From the NCBI GenBank assembly GCA_013239625.1, contig MU056050.1, positions 7,234,773 through 7,298,772 of the forward strand: a DNA stretch of 64,000 bases, written 5' to 3'. How positions within the stretch are numbered: the stretch's first letter is position 1; the number at the start of each line of letters is the position of its first letter. Positions 37,201 through 50,578 of this stretch are shown here, piece after piece. This stretch comes from Lama guanicoe (Eukaryota). The position numbers and the translations under genes are program-made. The notes under the pieces are model-generated. The model was not told the origin of the DNA and did not search any database. It saw nothing but the letters and a program-made list of their open reading frames with translations.

Positions 37201-39049
37201 TTGCGACCCTCTTGACCTAGCTCAATATATTTTTAATGGATGGATGGGTGAATAAAAGCACAAATGAAAAAAATGTTTTGGAAGTCCTTGAGCTGTTGAG
37301 GGTCAAGAGGCACCTCATAAATGAGAACAGGTTTTATCAGGGAGAAAATATGAATATGAGGATTATAAAAGTACTGGAGTCACTATGAGGGCAGGAATCT
37401 TTGTATTTTTTTTTGAATGATTTATCCCCAGGGCTTTTGACAGTACCTTGAGTACAGCAGGCCTCAGTAAATGTCTCTTGTATGAATAAATGAACCATCT
37501 CACTCTACCACAGTATTCAGAATAGTTTCCATGGGGAGTCTTGAAAATGCCATCACTTGGTAGTATTCAAGCTTGTTTTGGAAAGACATTAGTTCTGTTT
37601 GCTATAGTATTTTGTATATTATTGGCTCTTGGTGAAATCTTTACCATGATGATGAACAGTGCTCTCCCCTCTCAGAATCTCAACTTTGTCTGCCACTGAA
37701 GGCATATTCTATTTGTGGAAGATGTTAAAATAATAGAAACCCAAGCCTGGGCCTCCTTGAGGAGCTTGCAAAACAGTGGCCTGTCATGGTCACACATCTT
37801 CAATCTTTCTTTCTGTTCTCATCAGAGCTGGCCTGCTGGGTCCAGTGAGAACTGCTTCCTTAAGAATGACAATACTCATAGATGGGCAGGGTCTTGTTCT
37901 GGGAATAAGGTCCATGAGTCTGTATTTTCTAACATCTCTTATTATGGAGGAGGCATAGACAATACAGTGGAGACACTATAATGAAGAACATTTCTCCTTC
38001 TTTGGGACTTCACAGGCTCCACATCTGTTGCTAATGATATTTAAATTGAGGGGAAAATAAAGGGAGCAGCATGCAGTATTCAGTGAGTATCCCTTATTCA
38101 GTCCATTCTTGGATTCATCTGGGATGACAGGCAGAACAACTCTCCTTAAAAAGGCAGCCTGACTCTCTTTTGGTGCCTCCCTTCATGTGAAAACTAACAT
38201 TAGTCTTATTTGACCGGCTTGGAAAAGCAAATACTCTTGCAGGAAAGACAGCTGCCAGCCAGAGGGGACCCCCTAATCTGCCATCATTGTGGATTAACTT
38301 TATTGAACAGCAGTTGTACAAAAAAATACTGTGTTAGATAAAAGGGAGCTCCACACCAAACCCCAGAGATGGCCTGTCTCTGCTCCTCACTTGATGAATA
38401 TAATAAGTCAGACATTGCCCTGATGACAACCATGTGTCCAAGAGACTCAGCATCCATGACAGTATGGATTTGAGCTCTCTGGGGGAAGTCAAGAAAGCGT
38501 ATGTATTATTTGTTTTTCATCAACGCCAAAAGCCTTTTCTGTTGTCACATATAGGCCAGATGAGTCCGGACAAAGAAAAGTCTGCTGGCTCAGTAGGAAA
38601 CCTCCTAAGGGGCAGAAAAGTAGCTGAATTACTAAGCCATCAATGGGTGACCTCAGGGAACAGTTCTATGTGGCTCATTTGCGGCCTTTTCCATTTTAAG
38701 GAATTTGGGGCAGTAGGAAGAGGACTAGGGGGATGTTTTATCCCATTCATTTAAAACATTACATAAAAGGGTGGCACCCGGTTCCCCAGACTTTAGCAAG
38801 AAGAAGGGTAGGCATTATTGGGGTGTGGTGTCAACTTTCTATTTCTGTGGACTCACTCCCCACCGGATTCACAGAGAGCAGTCATTAGTACTGTCGGACA
38901 CCTACTATTCTCTTCACCTGCCATTGTCCAGTACTTCTCCGGGGAAAAATTCACCCCTGCATTCATTATACATCACTGTTGTTAAGAATAGAAATAAGCC
39001 ATAATTTAACTTTTTATGAGCCATATATCAGATGTGAACTTGAAATAAT

Positions 39050-40800
39050 AGTTTTAATCATGGCTGAGTTCATTGACTCACTGTGAGTTAGACATCATTC
39101 TAAGACTTTATACGTATTAACTCATTAATCCTTATAACAACCCTATGCCATAGGTGCTATTATTATCTCTGTTTTTACAAATGAAGAAATTGAGGCATAG
39201 AGAGGTTAAGTTACCTGCTAAAGGTTACACAGCTACTTAATGGCAGGCCAGGGATTTATTTGAACTTAGGCAGTCTATATTCAGAATCCATGTTCTAATT
39301 TTGATGATGAAACTGCCTTCCCAAAATAATACGGAGAGGAGAAAAATCAGTTCACATATAACTGAAGTAGTTTTACACATAGCTTTACAAAGTATGTCTT
39401 AGCCTAGTGCTACTGCCTCATATACTTTTAAGACAAGAAGGGCACTGCTAAACTAAATATCGGTACTTCTAAGACCAGGTTTCCAAAAAGTCAAGTAACT
39501 TTCCCTGGAGCATAACTCAATGATCACTGAATCACAAGGTTGAAGGGGACCCTGAGAAGCCATTTCTTCATAGTCCTTAAGAAAACAAGAGGGAGGAAAA
39601 GGGATTAGAAGCAGAAATTAAAATCACTCTTGAGGGTTCAAATGTCCGGTCGGGGGTGGATGTGATGAACACTCATTAGAGCTGACAGTGGCTGCACAGC
39701 ACCCAAGTACTTTCAATTTAAGTGGGAGCTTAGCAGCTATTTGAAAGAAGTATGTTAGTATTTCCTTCAACTTAAAGAACATGTAGTATGACTAACAGCA
39801 ATAATAATTATGCCAGTTAACCTTTATTGAGTGCTTATTATATACCAAGCATTGTGCTAAGTATATTATTTAACCTTCATAGCAATCTTACGAGGTACAT
39901 ACTATAACTACTCCATTTTACAGATGAGAGAACTAAGGTACAAATAGGTCAAGTAACTTGCTCAAGGTCACATAGCTAGCAAGTGGCAGGGCCAGGATTC
40001 AACCCAAGCAGCTTGTCTTTGAGGCCTGTGTTATTAAATACTAAGAAAGGTACTGTCTCTGCAGAAATAGCCCCCTCAGCTACTGTTAAGAGAACCTACC
40101 TCAATTTTCTAGACCTAATATTGACCTCAACACAAGCTTTAGGGCTGTAATGATAACTTGGATGATTTTTTTACTCTCAATACTAGGCGTTTCTTTGCTC
40201 CGTATTATAGATGGGTGACTAAGCACTGAAGATTACTTTGTGAGCATAGATTTATATTTAGATGTAGTAATTTACAAATAATCTGATGTAAGCTAATATT
40301 TAGTTCCCTTGGTGTTAGAGCAGATTTGGCCTCAAGATTTTTCCTGGGACACACAGTTCAGACTTCCATAAACTGGTAATATTTAAGCCAAATCAGATAA
40401 TCTAGTCACTTTTGACTATAAGAGATTGTGATTAAGGACCACCCCATATGGAACTATAAAATAATATATAAGATTTTAGTTTAAATTCTATTATAATGAA
40501 ATAATGAAGAAAAACTAAATATAAACTGCTTTGGAAATGTTTATGAGAAATAATAATTATTTTTAAAGTATTTTAACAGCCAACATTTTTGAGCATGCAC
40601 TATGTGCCAGGCATTGTGCTAAGCACAATTTAATTCTTACAATAACCCTAAGGGTTAGGTACTAGTAGTCTGATTTTATGAATGAGGAAATTGAGTCTCA
40701 AAGAAGATATGTAACTACCCAAGGTGAAGTAGTAAAAGAAACAGGCTTGAAAGTCAGGCAGACTGACTCCAGAGTCTGAATTCTTAGCCACTATGCAATA
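39050..40800 (-). repeat. Three MIR copies (~39050-39320, ~39800-40045, ~40580-40800)
   Basis: Each carries the ttttacagatgag(g)aaa(c/t)tgagg...aagt(a/t)ac(c/t)tg...aaggt core. Confidence 0.75.
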
Positions 40801-41298
40801 CTGGCTCCTGTCATAACACCTGCTGGTCCCAGATTGGCACCACTAGTCATTTCAAACCTAAGGAGATACAAGGTCCAATCATTCTAGCCTTCAGAGAATT
40901 CTTGGTTGTTCATTTCAATCATAGTCGGTCTACTGAAGTAGGATGTAGCTAGTTGACTATTGTCTATGGTATGAATTATAGTTTGGTGGGACTGTTCTTT
41001 GCCTCTGCCACGTATAGAACATCTAAGCTCTTTTTTCCTCCACCCATTTCTCACTTACATATTTTTTTCTTTGTTTGGCTTTTTTATGCTTGTTTCCTAG
41101 CTTCAGTGTAATAACATTTCTTAATTTATTATTAAGATTATTAAGTATTGTTGTTACCTAGCCTACCTCACCCAAATTATAACCTACAAGGATTCAAAAT
41201 CTGGGCTGGAACTGAGAAATTATTTTGGGGGTCTTTGGGGGTAACTAACTATATATAAACAAATGGCACAACAAAGAGGCGTCATTCTCAACTTTAAC

Positions 41299-41445
41299 GT
41301 GTTTCTCAACCTTAACTTGCTTATGAATCACCTGCGGATCATGTTAAAATGCAGCTTCTGATTCAGTAGGTCTGGGCTGTGGCCTGAGATTCTGGGATTC
41401 TTAACAGCTCCCAGGTTATGCAGACCACACTTTAAGTAGCAAGGT
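41299..41445. mobile_element. MER5A-type element
   Basis: gaatcacctg...gttaaaatgcagcttctgattcagtaggtctggg...gaccacactttaagtagcaagg. Confidence 0.8.
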
Positions 41446-42177
41446 CCTAGGTTGGCCTGGTCCTGTCATGCTTTTAAGGTGGATCACAATAAGTGAATCT
41501 GGGGAGATTAATGTTTACGATGTTTTAAAAAGCACCCTAGGCTTCCTGATACGTCAATTCCCTAATGTCTCCATAAACCCATTTAATGGTTAATGGCTCT
41601 GACAGTCCAGGAAGCTTTTTTGTGTCTAAACTAAGCCCTTCAGATGATATGGCATTTTCCTTCTGGTTTTATCTTTAGTGGAAATGGAGTTAGTACACCA
41701 TGACCATTCTCTTACAGGTTACTTTGTTTAAAAAATATGAACAGTTATTCAACATCAACAATAGTCTTTGGGATGTTCCCCACTGTCTGCTATCCTTCCC
41801 TTTATGAACCTAAGATTTTTGGGCTATCTAAGTCAGTTCCTAGCTCTGTGTTTATTTGCCTCCTCTAAGAAATCTCTAAAATTAGACAAACTTTGAAATT
41901 ACTTGCCAAATCCTGTTGTATTTTTATTTCAATGAGCTATTTAAATGTTCAGTGACCATATCCTGCATCAGATATACCCCTAGCTTGCCCATAGTGCAAT
42001 AGGCAGTATACTAGTAACTACTGGCCACCCAGCCTGTAAAGCTCAGATTACAAAAATGCACACTCTAGGCAGAATCTGGTAAATGTCAACTTCAAAATAA
42101 GTTGTGTCATACTGTTATATTTATGTCCACATGGTCAATAAAAGGAAACACTTGTGAGGTGATTAAAAATAGCATAC

Positions 42178-42312
42178 CAGGTAAAATTGGTTGTCCAGCA
42201 ATTCCCAGCGGTGCCATTCCAAGATTATTCATTGCTGTGGCCCATGCAGTTGGATCAGACATAGGTAGCGTCATTGCAGTGGAATCCACATTCAGAGTTC
42301 TACTATTATCAG
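42178..42312 (-). CDS. ENOX2: ENOX2 exon (135 bp, phase 1-1) holding the main start ATG at 42274-42272: (ADNSRTLNVDSTA)MTLPMSDPTAWATAMNNLGMAPLGIAGQPILP
   Basis: ORF 42107..42289. Acceptor ctttttag|CT, donor CCTG|gtatgc. MTLPMSDPTAW and LGMAPLGIAGQPILP match ENOX2 rather than ENOX1. Confidence 0.97.
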
Positions 42313-42639
42313 CTAAAAAGAAATGACAAGCAAAATAATTTGTTGCATTTAGGTTTCAGTATCTAGTTTACTTACCAATGTAAACTCTGGCAAACTCTTT
42401 ACAGAAATGGACTGATGGACAAGTGATGGATAAGGTCTTAACTCCAGCCCTTTACAAGGGTTGAAACAGTACAGCTTGAACTGTCAGGAAGTCATAGAAT
42501 TTGAAAGCAGTTTACCAGATGGCATTTTAGTGTTTCTTTCTCTTTCTCTCCTCCTCTATCCCTCGCCCCTCACTCTTCCCTTCCTTCCCTTCTTCCTTCT
42601 TTCTTTCCTTCATTTTTGTTTCTAAAGTCATGAAGATTT

Positions 42640-44470
42640 TAATTTTTTAGAGCAGTTTTAGGTTTACAACAAAATTGAGGGGAAAGTACAGAGAGTTCAC
42701 ATATACCTCCTACCCCTACACATGCATAGCCTCCCCTATTATCAAAATCCCCTACCAGAGTGCTACATTTCTTACAACTGATGAACCTACATTGACACAT
42801 CCTAATCATCCAAAAGCCACAGTTTACATTAGGTTTCACTCTGGTGTTTTACATTCTACAGGTTTTGAAAAATGCATAATGATATATATCCATCACTATA
42901 GTATCATACAGAGTATTTCCAATGCCCTAAAAATCCTTTGTTCTCTGCTTATTCCTACTTCCCCACCTCCCCTAACTGCAGCTACCACTGATCTTTTTAC
43001 TCTCTTCATAGTTTTGCCTTTTCTAGAATGTCATATAGTTAGAATCGCACAGTATGTAGCCTTTTCAGATTGGCTTCCTTCACTTAGGAATACGCATCCA
43101 AGTTTCCTCCATGTCTTTTTGTGGCTCCAGAGCTCATTTCATTTTTCCCCTGAATAATATTCCATTGTCTGGATATACCACAGTTTATTATCTTTTCACT
43201 GAAGGACATGGTGATTACTTCCAAATTTTGGCAATTATGAATAAAACTGCTATAAACAATTGTGTGTACATTTTTGTGTCAACATAAGTTTTCAACTCCT
43301 TTGGGTAAATACCAAGCAACACAATCACTGGATTTTATGGTTAGAGTGTATTTAGTTTTGTAAGAAACCTCCAACCTGTCTTCCAAAGTGGCTGTACCAT
43401 TTTGCATTCCTACCACCAATAAATGACAGTTCCTATTGATTCACATCCTTATCAGTATTTAGTGCTGTCAGTGTTCTGGATTTTGCCATTCTAATAGGTG
43501 TGTAGTGGTATTTCATTGTTTTAATTTGCATTGCCCTGATGACATATGATGTGGAATATCTTTTCAAATACTTATTTACCATCCATATATCTTCTTTGGT
43601 GAGGTGTCTACTAGTCATTGGCCCATTTTTAAAATCAGGTTGTTTTCTTATTGTTGAGTTTTAAGAGTTCTTTGTATATTTTAGATAACAGTCCTTTATC
43701 ATATGTGTATTTTGTAAATATTTTCTTCAAGATTGTGGCTTGTCTTCTCATTCTCTTGACATTGTCTCTCGCAAGTTTTAAATTTTAATGAAGCCCAGCT
43801 TATCAATAATTTCTTTCATGGATCATGACTTTGGTGTTATATTTTAAAAAATCATTGCCATATTCAAAGTCATCTGGGTTTTCTCTTATGTTGTTTTCTA
43901 GGAGTTTTATAGTTTTGCATTTCACATTTAGGCCTATGATCCATTTTGAGTTAATTTTTGTGATAGATATAAGATCTGTGTCTAGATTCATTTTTTTGCA
44001 TATGGTTGTCCAGTTGTCCTGGCACATTTGTTGAAGAGACTATCTTTGCTCCATTGTATTGCATTTGCTCCTTTGTAAAAAATCAGTCGACTTTATTTAT
44101 GAGGATCTACCTCTGGGCTCTCTATTCTGTTCCATTGAACTATTTGTCTATTCTTTCATCAGTACCACCCTGTCTTGATTACTGTAGGTTTATAGTAAGT
44201 CTTGAAGTGTCAGTCTTCCAACTTTATTTTTCTCCTTCCAATATTATGTTGGCTATTTTGGGTCTTTTGCTTCTCCACATAAGCTTTAGAGTCAGTTTTT
44301 TTGATATCCAGAAAATAACTTGCTTAAATTTTGATTGAAATTGCATTGAATCAGGTTGGGAAGAACTGACATCCTGACAATACTGTGTCTTCCTATCCAT
44401 TAACATGAAACATCTCTCCATTTATTTTAGTTCTTCTTTGACTTTCTTCATCAGAATTTTGTAGTTTTCC
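42640..44470 (-). mobile_element. Ancient L1MC1-like 3' fragment (degenerate ORF2 end plus 3'UTR)
   Basis: ORF2 remnants KINSKWI...IKLLENNI and KEDIWMVNK...[17 protein letters not shown] on the minus strand. L1MC1-type terminus ttttagagcagttttagg. Confidence 0.88.
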
Positions 44471-47400
44471 AAGTTTTCTTTTTTCAAGTGTACATACCAC
44501 AGAAGCTTGGGATGATTAAGAGATTACCCATTCTTCTCATAGTCTAGTTGCATATAATTACTTTAGCAGCTTCCATACAACTACTCATACATGCAAACCA
44601 AGAAAAAACATCCATGGGTTTCCACAGTAGCAATGAAAAGGAACAATTCCTGATGTAACTTCGTATCTTTGAGGCAGTACTACTGAGCTGGACACATAAT
44701 CAACGCACATCAATTTGGCCAACTGAGTATTCTGAGGGTTAGGAGGATACCAGAGTATAAGCAGATAGGAGACATAGACCCTGCCTTCAAAGGTTATACA
44801 ATCTAATTGAAGAGACCAATGATGCTGGTGATGATTATTACTATTATCATTACTCTAATCACCTCCATCCATTACTACCCCTATTTATTGAACACTTGCC
44901 ATATGCTAGGTGAAGCTCTTGGCATGCATTATTTTCATTTAACTTACACAACAACCCTATGAGATAGGGGATCTTTATATCTCCATTTAATAGATGAGGG
45001 GATTTGAAGGGTTATATATATAGTCCAAGGTCACACAAGATGTGTACTTCTAGCCACCATGATTTAGTATCTCCTAATTAAACAATTAGGAAACAATTAG
45101 AGAGTCAAATGTTATAGACAAGAAATGTTACGGAAGTTTAAGGAATGAAGAGCTACTGTGGTTTGAGTAGGTGGGAAAGGCTTTGTGGAGAAGATAGGAT
45201 TTGAAAGAATGGTCCAGATTTCTACAGAATATCTTGAGTTATGGGTAGTTATTAGATAGGTGAAGAAGAGGGGGTAAGGCATTCCAGAGCAGGGATGACA
45301 TAAGCAAAGACTTGGAAGTGGGATATACATATATATATATATTGCACAGTTGGGAGAGATATAGCCGTAAATCATCTGAGCACAAAACATCTTTTATTTT
45401 GGGAAGTTTTTCTCTGATTACCAATATCCATACAAAAAAAAAACCAACAACTTTCCATTGGTTTCCTCCTACCTCCCAGTATGCACTCCTACCAGTTACA
45501 CCCCCAAGGCAACTCTATTCTAATAGTAGCTTGCTAATATCCGTCCATCACATCCTTCCAACCTGGCAATATGAGGGATGATCCGTGGCTGAGTTACTTA
45601 TACAAGTGCTATTTTGGTCACTGATTGGTCATTATAAGCAAATATAAATGTCCAAAACATTATTTCTGAAATATTAGTTTTTATTATTCCCCTATACTGC
45701 CTATGCTTCCTCTCCATAAACCATCCCCTCAACAGAGTGATTGCTGGCCCTAAGCATTTCTTACTGCAATCAGAAGTCACATTTCCAAACTGGTGATTTC
45801 TCCATCTGTAGGAGCTCTAGTCCTTACACCCAGTTTTCAGTGCTTTCCTTGTAGGCATATAAGAAGTCCAGAAATAGCCTCTGTAAATATTATCAAGAAA
45901 ACAAACATGGGGCATTAAATATCCATTGGTCAAGAGTTTATATAGTGATTATTAGGTTCATCCTGACTTCCAGCCCCAACTAGGGGAGACAAACTTTTAG
46001 AGAATGTTGTAGCTGGAAGGGACCTTTAGACATTACAGAGTCTGCACTCTGATTTTTTTTCTGCTGGCTAGAGAATGACTTCCAGTGGAAACAGGTAGTT
46101 TTTAAGAAGAATTGGGCCCCCATGCCGAAAATAATTTTTGTAACAGTGTGGCTACTCATTGGCTCTGCAGGCCTGGGAAATAGAAGAAAATCAGGAATTA
46201 TTCTCAATAAAGAGTTCCGAGATCAAAGAATTTATAATGTACCAACGAGCCACACTCTGGACTAATTTGGTGGGTGTGAGTAGAGAATGATCTAAATTAT
46301 TAGTTTTTTTAAAGGACAGCATAGTATCACTATTTTCAAACTACATATTAATTCATAGTGCTTGTTAAAATATTAGCAACTACAGTTCCTGCTAGGCTTG
46401 TTTACATGAATAGATAGGGAACATGTGTAATTTAACAGCATTATTTTGCTATAATGAACTTGATTCTTAAATCCTTAAGGAGTTCTGCTTTAAATGCCCT
46501 TCTCACCTCCCTCCCCTTCCTCAACACTCATCTCCACCTGTCAAATCCTACACATTTTTCAAGGGTGGTCTCAAATGCCACCTTGTCTCTGACGCCACCT
46601 CACTGGAATGAATTACTCCTTTCTATGTGTTCTCATAGTATTTTATCTAGAATTTGATTTTCCCATGTTTGCTTATTCTCTCACTTCTCCCCAAACATTT
46701 TATTGTATCTTACTATGTACTAGGTTCTGTGCTAGGGACTAGGAATACAGAGATGAACAAAACTCATTTACTGCTCTGGAAGAACTCCATGTACAATGAG
46801 AGGCATGACATATAAACAATCAAACACAAATCATTGTAGTAAGTATTGTATCAAAAACTAAAAGTCAAGTGCTACAGGATACAGAAGGGGTAATGAAATA
46901 TGCTGGAATGGATTTGCAGATATGTGTTTGGGGTTGGGGGTTGGAGGAGATGAAGAATAGCCAGGGAAGTCTTCAGTGGCAAAGAATTATTTGAAATGAG
47001 TCTTTAAGGAGGGGTAGGATTTTCCTCTAGTTAGTGAATGGAGGAGTAGGGTTGAAGAGCATTCCAGGAAGCAAGAACAACTGAACATTTACCATTGACT
47101 GCCTTGAATTATAGCTACTGGATACATGTCTCTCTTCTGCTAGCCTGCATGCTCCTTTAGGTCAGGGACTGGGTTTGGGGCATCTTTGTTCCCCCATTTC
47201 TTAGTTTAGTGTCCGGTATGAAGTAGGTATTCAAAAAATACTGGAGTGAATGAAGGAAATCAACTTACACTGATTTGGGGCACAATAATCAATCCATGCA
47301 ATGACACCGAGTGATTATTTGTATATCTTTTCAGAATGATAAATTGTCTTAAAAGGGATGACATAATTTCTAAACTTATTCTCTCTCCAGGACAACTTAA

Positions 47401-48841
47401 TTTACACGTAGGGATTTACTTAGTGTTACAACCAGGGATAGATGGACCCAACTAATAATTCAGTTTGATCTTATTAGTTATAATCTTTTTTCCATATAGA
47501 CACAGTCATACATATAAGTAAGCTTGTAAATTTTTACTTTCAAAGAGAAATCCCAGATGATCATCTCTGGCGGCAATCTGGATTTAAAGTCTGCACTAAC
47601 AAAACATGCTGTGCTAAACATCTGTTACGAATCATCACTTAATGTGGAAAAGTTAAGTCTTGGATTCAGTTTCCAGACTAAAAATGGACATCCAGCAATT
47701 TGTTTAAGTGTTTTATAAAAGCAGTCCCATGTCACTAAAGGAAGAGATTGCTCATTTTCCCATGAGTCCTACGCTCACTGGCAGCAGGAAAGAATATTCA
47801 GAAGGTAAGTGCCTGTGGTTGTCAAATGCTCTTCAAAATACCTCACCCAAGTCTGTAGGACACCAAGTGTCCTGCTATGCTGGTTTTCTTGTTCTGCTTG
47901 TGTGGCAACTCCTCAAGAGAACACAAGTTGTAGAGTGGTAGTAAATGAGTATCCTCTGGGTAAGCTGATTGAAGATATGGCACTAGGAACAAGTGATCAT
48001 TAGCACCAAAAGAATAAAAGATTGAGAAGTGAACATCCACTTTAACCTGGCACCACCCCATAACTATCAAATCACTACTGCCATCTGTTTGTTTATCTTT
48101 GCATTGTTTATGCTTCACTGATTAAGTCATCAATTACTCTCAGCGATCTGATCTTGAGGACAACACACGCACACACACACATTCTGTGATACACCCCATC
48201 CTATAGTGGAGTTAACTATTTCAAATGTTTCCTTTATTTCCTTTGAAGTAAGTTCATTACGTTGGTGCCATCTTGCCAAATATATTTTGTTAAGACATAA
48301 GCTCTTCTTCTCTGATGATTTATTATCTTCTAATTCTCTGTTTTGTTCTCTGTTTTATATCCATTGGTTTTTATGCCTGCTAGAACTTTGTTACACAGCA
48401 TTGTACAAAGTTGAGGAAAGGATTTTATCAACAAACATCTATTGAAAGTCTCCTAAGAGTAGAAAATAACCTTGTCTAGTGATTAAGAGCATGGGTTTGG
48501 TAATCAGATGGCTTTGGACCAGAGTTTAGCTCTACTACTTAGTGACTGTAACATGCTCATTCTCATTCTCTTTCTCTCTTTACTTTTTGCCAGTCTGCCT
48601 TCCAGCCTTCTTTTCATATTTACTGTATGTTCATTGAACATTTTCTATGTGTTAAGCATCACTCTAGATGCTGAAGACATTCTGGTGAATCAAACAGTCC
48701 TCATCCTTGGTCTTACTTGATAGTAGCTACTTTATAGATTTGTTAAAGATTAAATTAGATAATGTGGGTAAAGAATTTAACATGGTTTCTGGGTCATATT
48801 GAGCACTTGGTAAGTGGTAATAATGACATGGTAATAGTTAG

Positions 48842-48867
48842 GATGATGATGATGATGATGATGATGA
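48842..48867 (+). repeat. (GAT)8 microsatellite
   Basis: Read directly. Confidence 0.95.
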
Positions 48868-49810
48868 AGTAGTCCCAGCCCTTGAAGAGCTCAAAGTCTA
48901 CTGAGAGATACAGCATATATATGAATTATTACACTACATTTTACAGATAATGAAACTGAGGCAGAGAGAATTTAAGTAATCAGCTCAATATCACTCAGCT
49001 AATAAGTGGTAGAACAGGGATACAGACCCAGGCAGCTCTGATGCCAATGCCCACAGTCTCATCCATCACACTAAACTCCCTCCAAAGAGCCCCTTTATTT
49101 CCTGTGTTCCCCTAGCTCACTGAAAACATTACTATCACAGCTCTTACAACATTATATTTTTATCACCTCTTTCTATGGCTCTTTCTCCTCCTAGACTCTG
49201 TAATCCCTTATTCCTCCTTGTAATTCCTAGTGCCTAGACACCATTTCTGACATAGTTCAGCAAACACTTTTAAACAAATTAATAAGAAGATCTATGAGTA
49301 TGTAGAAGGGAGTCCTGCACAGACATTGTTCTTCCCAGAAGCAGATGCCAAGCTATTCAGAATAGGGTACTATTCTGTTGTTGTATTAAGATAAAATATA
49401 TTTTGGTGGGGTTCTTATGAATATTTTAAATGGAGAGAGAAGAAGATAAAATGGTGGTAATTTGGGGTATTATAATCCTACCATGCTATGATATTAGAGA
49501 ATCAAAATTATAGAAATACAAACTTTAAGAAAGGTAAGTCTGGAGATGGGGAGATAATTTTTCATCATAGAGAAATTCTTTATGGGTAAGAAGGAACCGA
49601 CTGAAATTTCTTTGAGAATTTAAGGCAATTACATTTACTAAAATAAATGTGCATGTAGCAGTCATATTTGTTAGTACCTTGGGGGTAGGGGATATAAACC
49701 TCATTTACTTTTGTATATTCTACAGTGACTACCTCAAAGTATGTGCCAATAAGTGTGCTTTTAAATAAGTGAATTCTGTAAGAACTCAGAATTTACAAAG
49801 TGGGGCTTAC

Positions 49811-49899
49811 CTGCAATGCCTATTTCATAGACCCACATCCATCTAAAACCACTTTGCACTGTGTGGTCCTGAACCGTGAACTTAGCTCTCTAGTCATTT
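49811..49899 (-). other. ENOX2: ENOX2 upstream alternative exon (89 bp), homologous to the exon encoding the human long-isoform N-terminus; in-frame reading (V)QSGFRWMWVYEIGIA
   Basis: Acceptor tcttccttctgcag|AAATG, donor GCAG|gtaagc. Its phase-1 end joins the 42312 exon in frame. Resembles human MQRDFRWLWVYEIGYA as recalled. Coding status here is uncertain. Confidence 0.85.
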
Positions 49900-50009
49900 C
49901 TGCAGAAGGAAGATAGCGATCCAAAGCTGGGTGAGACATCAGACCTCTGGAACATACCAGGACTTAGACAAATGGTGAATAACAGTGTTAATGATAGTAA
50001 TTATAAGAA

Positions 50010-50260
50010 GACTAATAATAGTTAACATTTCTTTAATTCTTATTACATGCCAGGTACTGTCCTAGGCACATTATTTACATTAATTTAAAACTCACAACCC
50101 TACGAAGTAGGACCTCTCATTATCCCCATTTTACTGATGAGGTAACAAGAAACAGAGAGGTTAAGCAATCTGTCCATGGTCATACATTAGCTTACAATGG
50201 AGCTGGGATTCAAACCCAGGCAGTCTTTCTCCGCAGTTCATGCTTTTAACCACTATCCTA
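50010..50260 (-). repeat. MIR
   Basis: tatccccattttactgatgaggtaac...agagaggttaagc...gctgggattcaaacccaggcagtct. Confidence 0.8.
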
Positions 50261-50355
50261 TAAAAAAACTAGGGGAGTCAGAAAGTTATAGAATATTTGA
50301 GCTGGGAGGGCTAGAGGGCTCATCATTACAGATGGGTGCTCCCCACGTCCTCTAT

Positions 50356-50578
50356 TGTAGTTCTTAATGGAGGCTAAGTTTACCCTTCCCAAGGCACATT
50401 TGGTAATATTTGGAGACATCTTCAGTTGTCACAACTGGGAGTGGGGAGGTGCTACTGACATCTAGTGGGTAGAGGTCAGGGATAATGCTAAACATCCTAC
50501 AATGTGTGGGACAATCCCCCACCCCCAAACAATGATCTGGCCCCAAATGTCCATACTGCCAAGGTTAAAAAACCCAGC
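50356..50578 (+). mobile_element. MER20 (hAT-Charlie)
   Basis: ggagacatcttcagttgtcacaactggg...tgctactgacatctagtgggtagaggtcaggg...aaacatcctacaatg...ggccccaaatgtc...gccaaggtt. Confidence 0.9.

Noticed and set aside
7824..42312. ENOX1 or a processed pseudogene
   Set aside because: Residues match ENOX2 (MTLPMSDP, ENGTEQIIVEV, AVQTLLTW); introns are present and the spliced frame is intact.
49358..49377. Perfect hairpin CAGAATAG-GGTA-CTATTCTG
   Set aside because: An 8-bp stem is expected by chance in 64 kb and has no supporting context.
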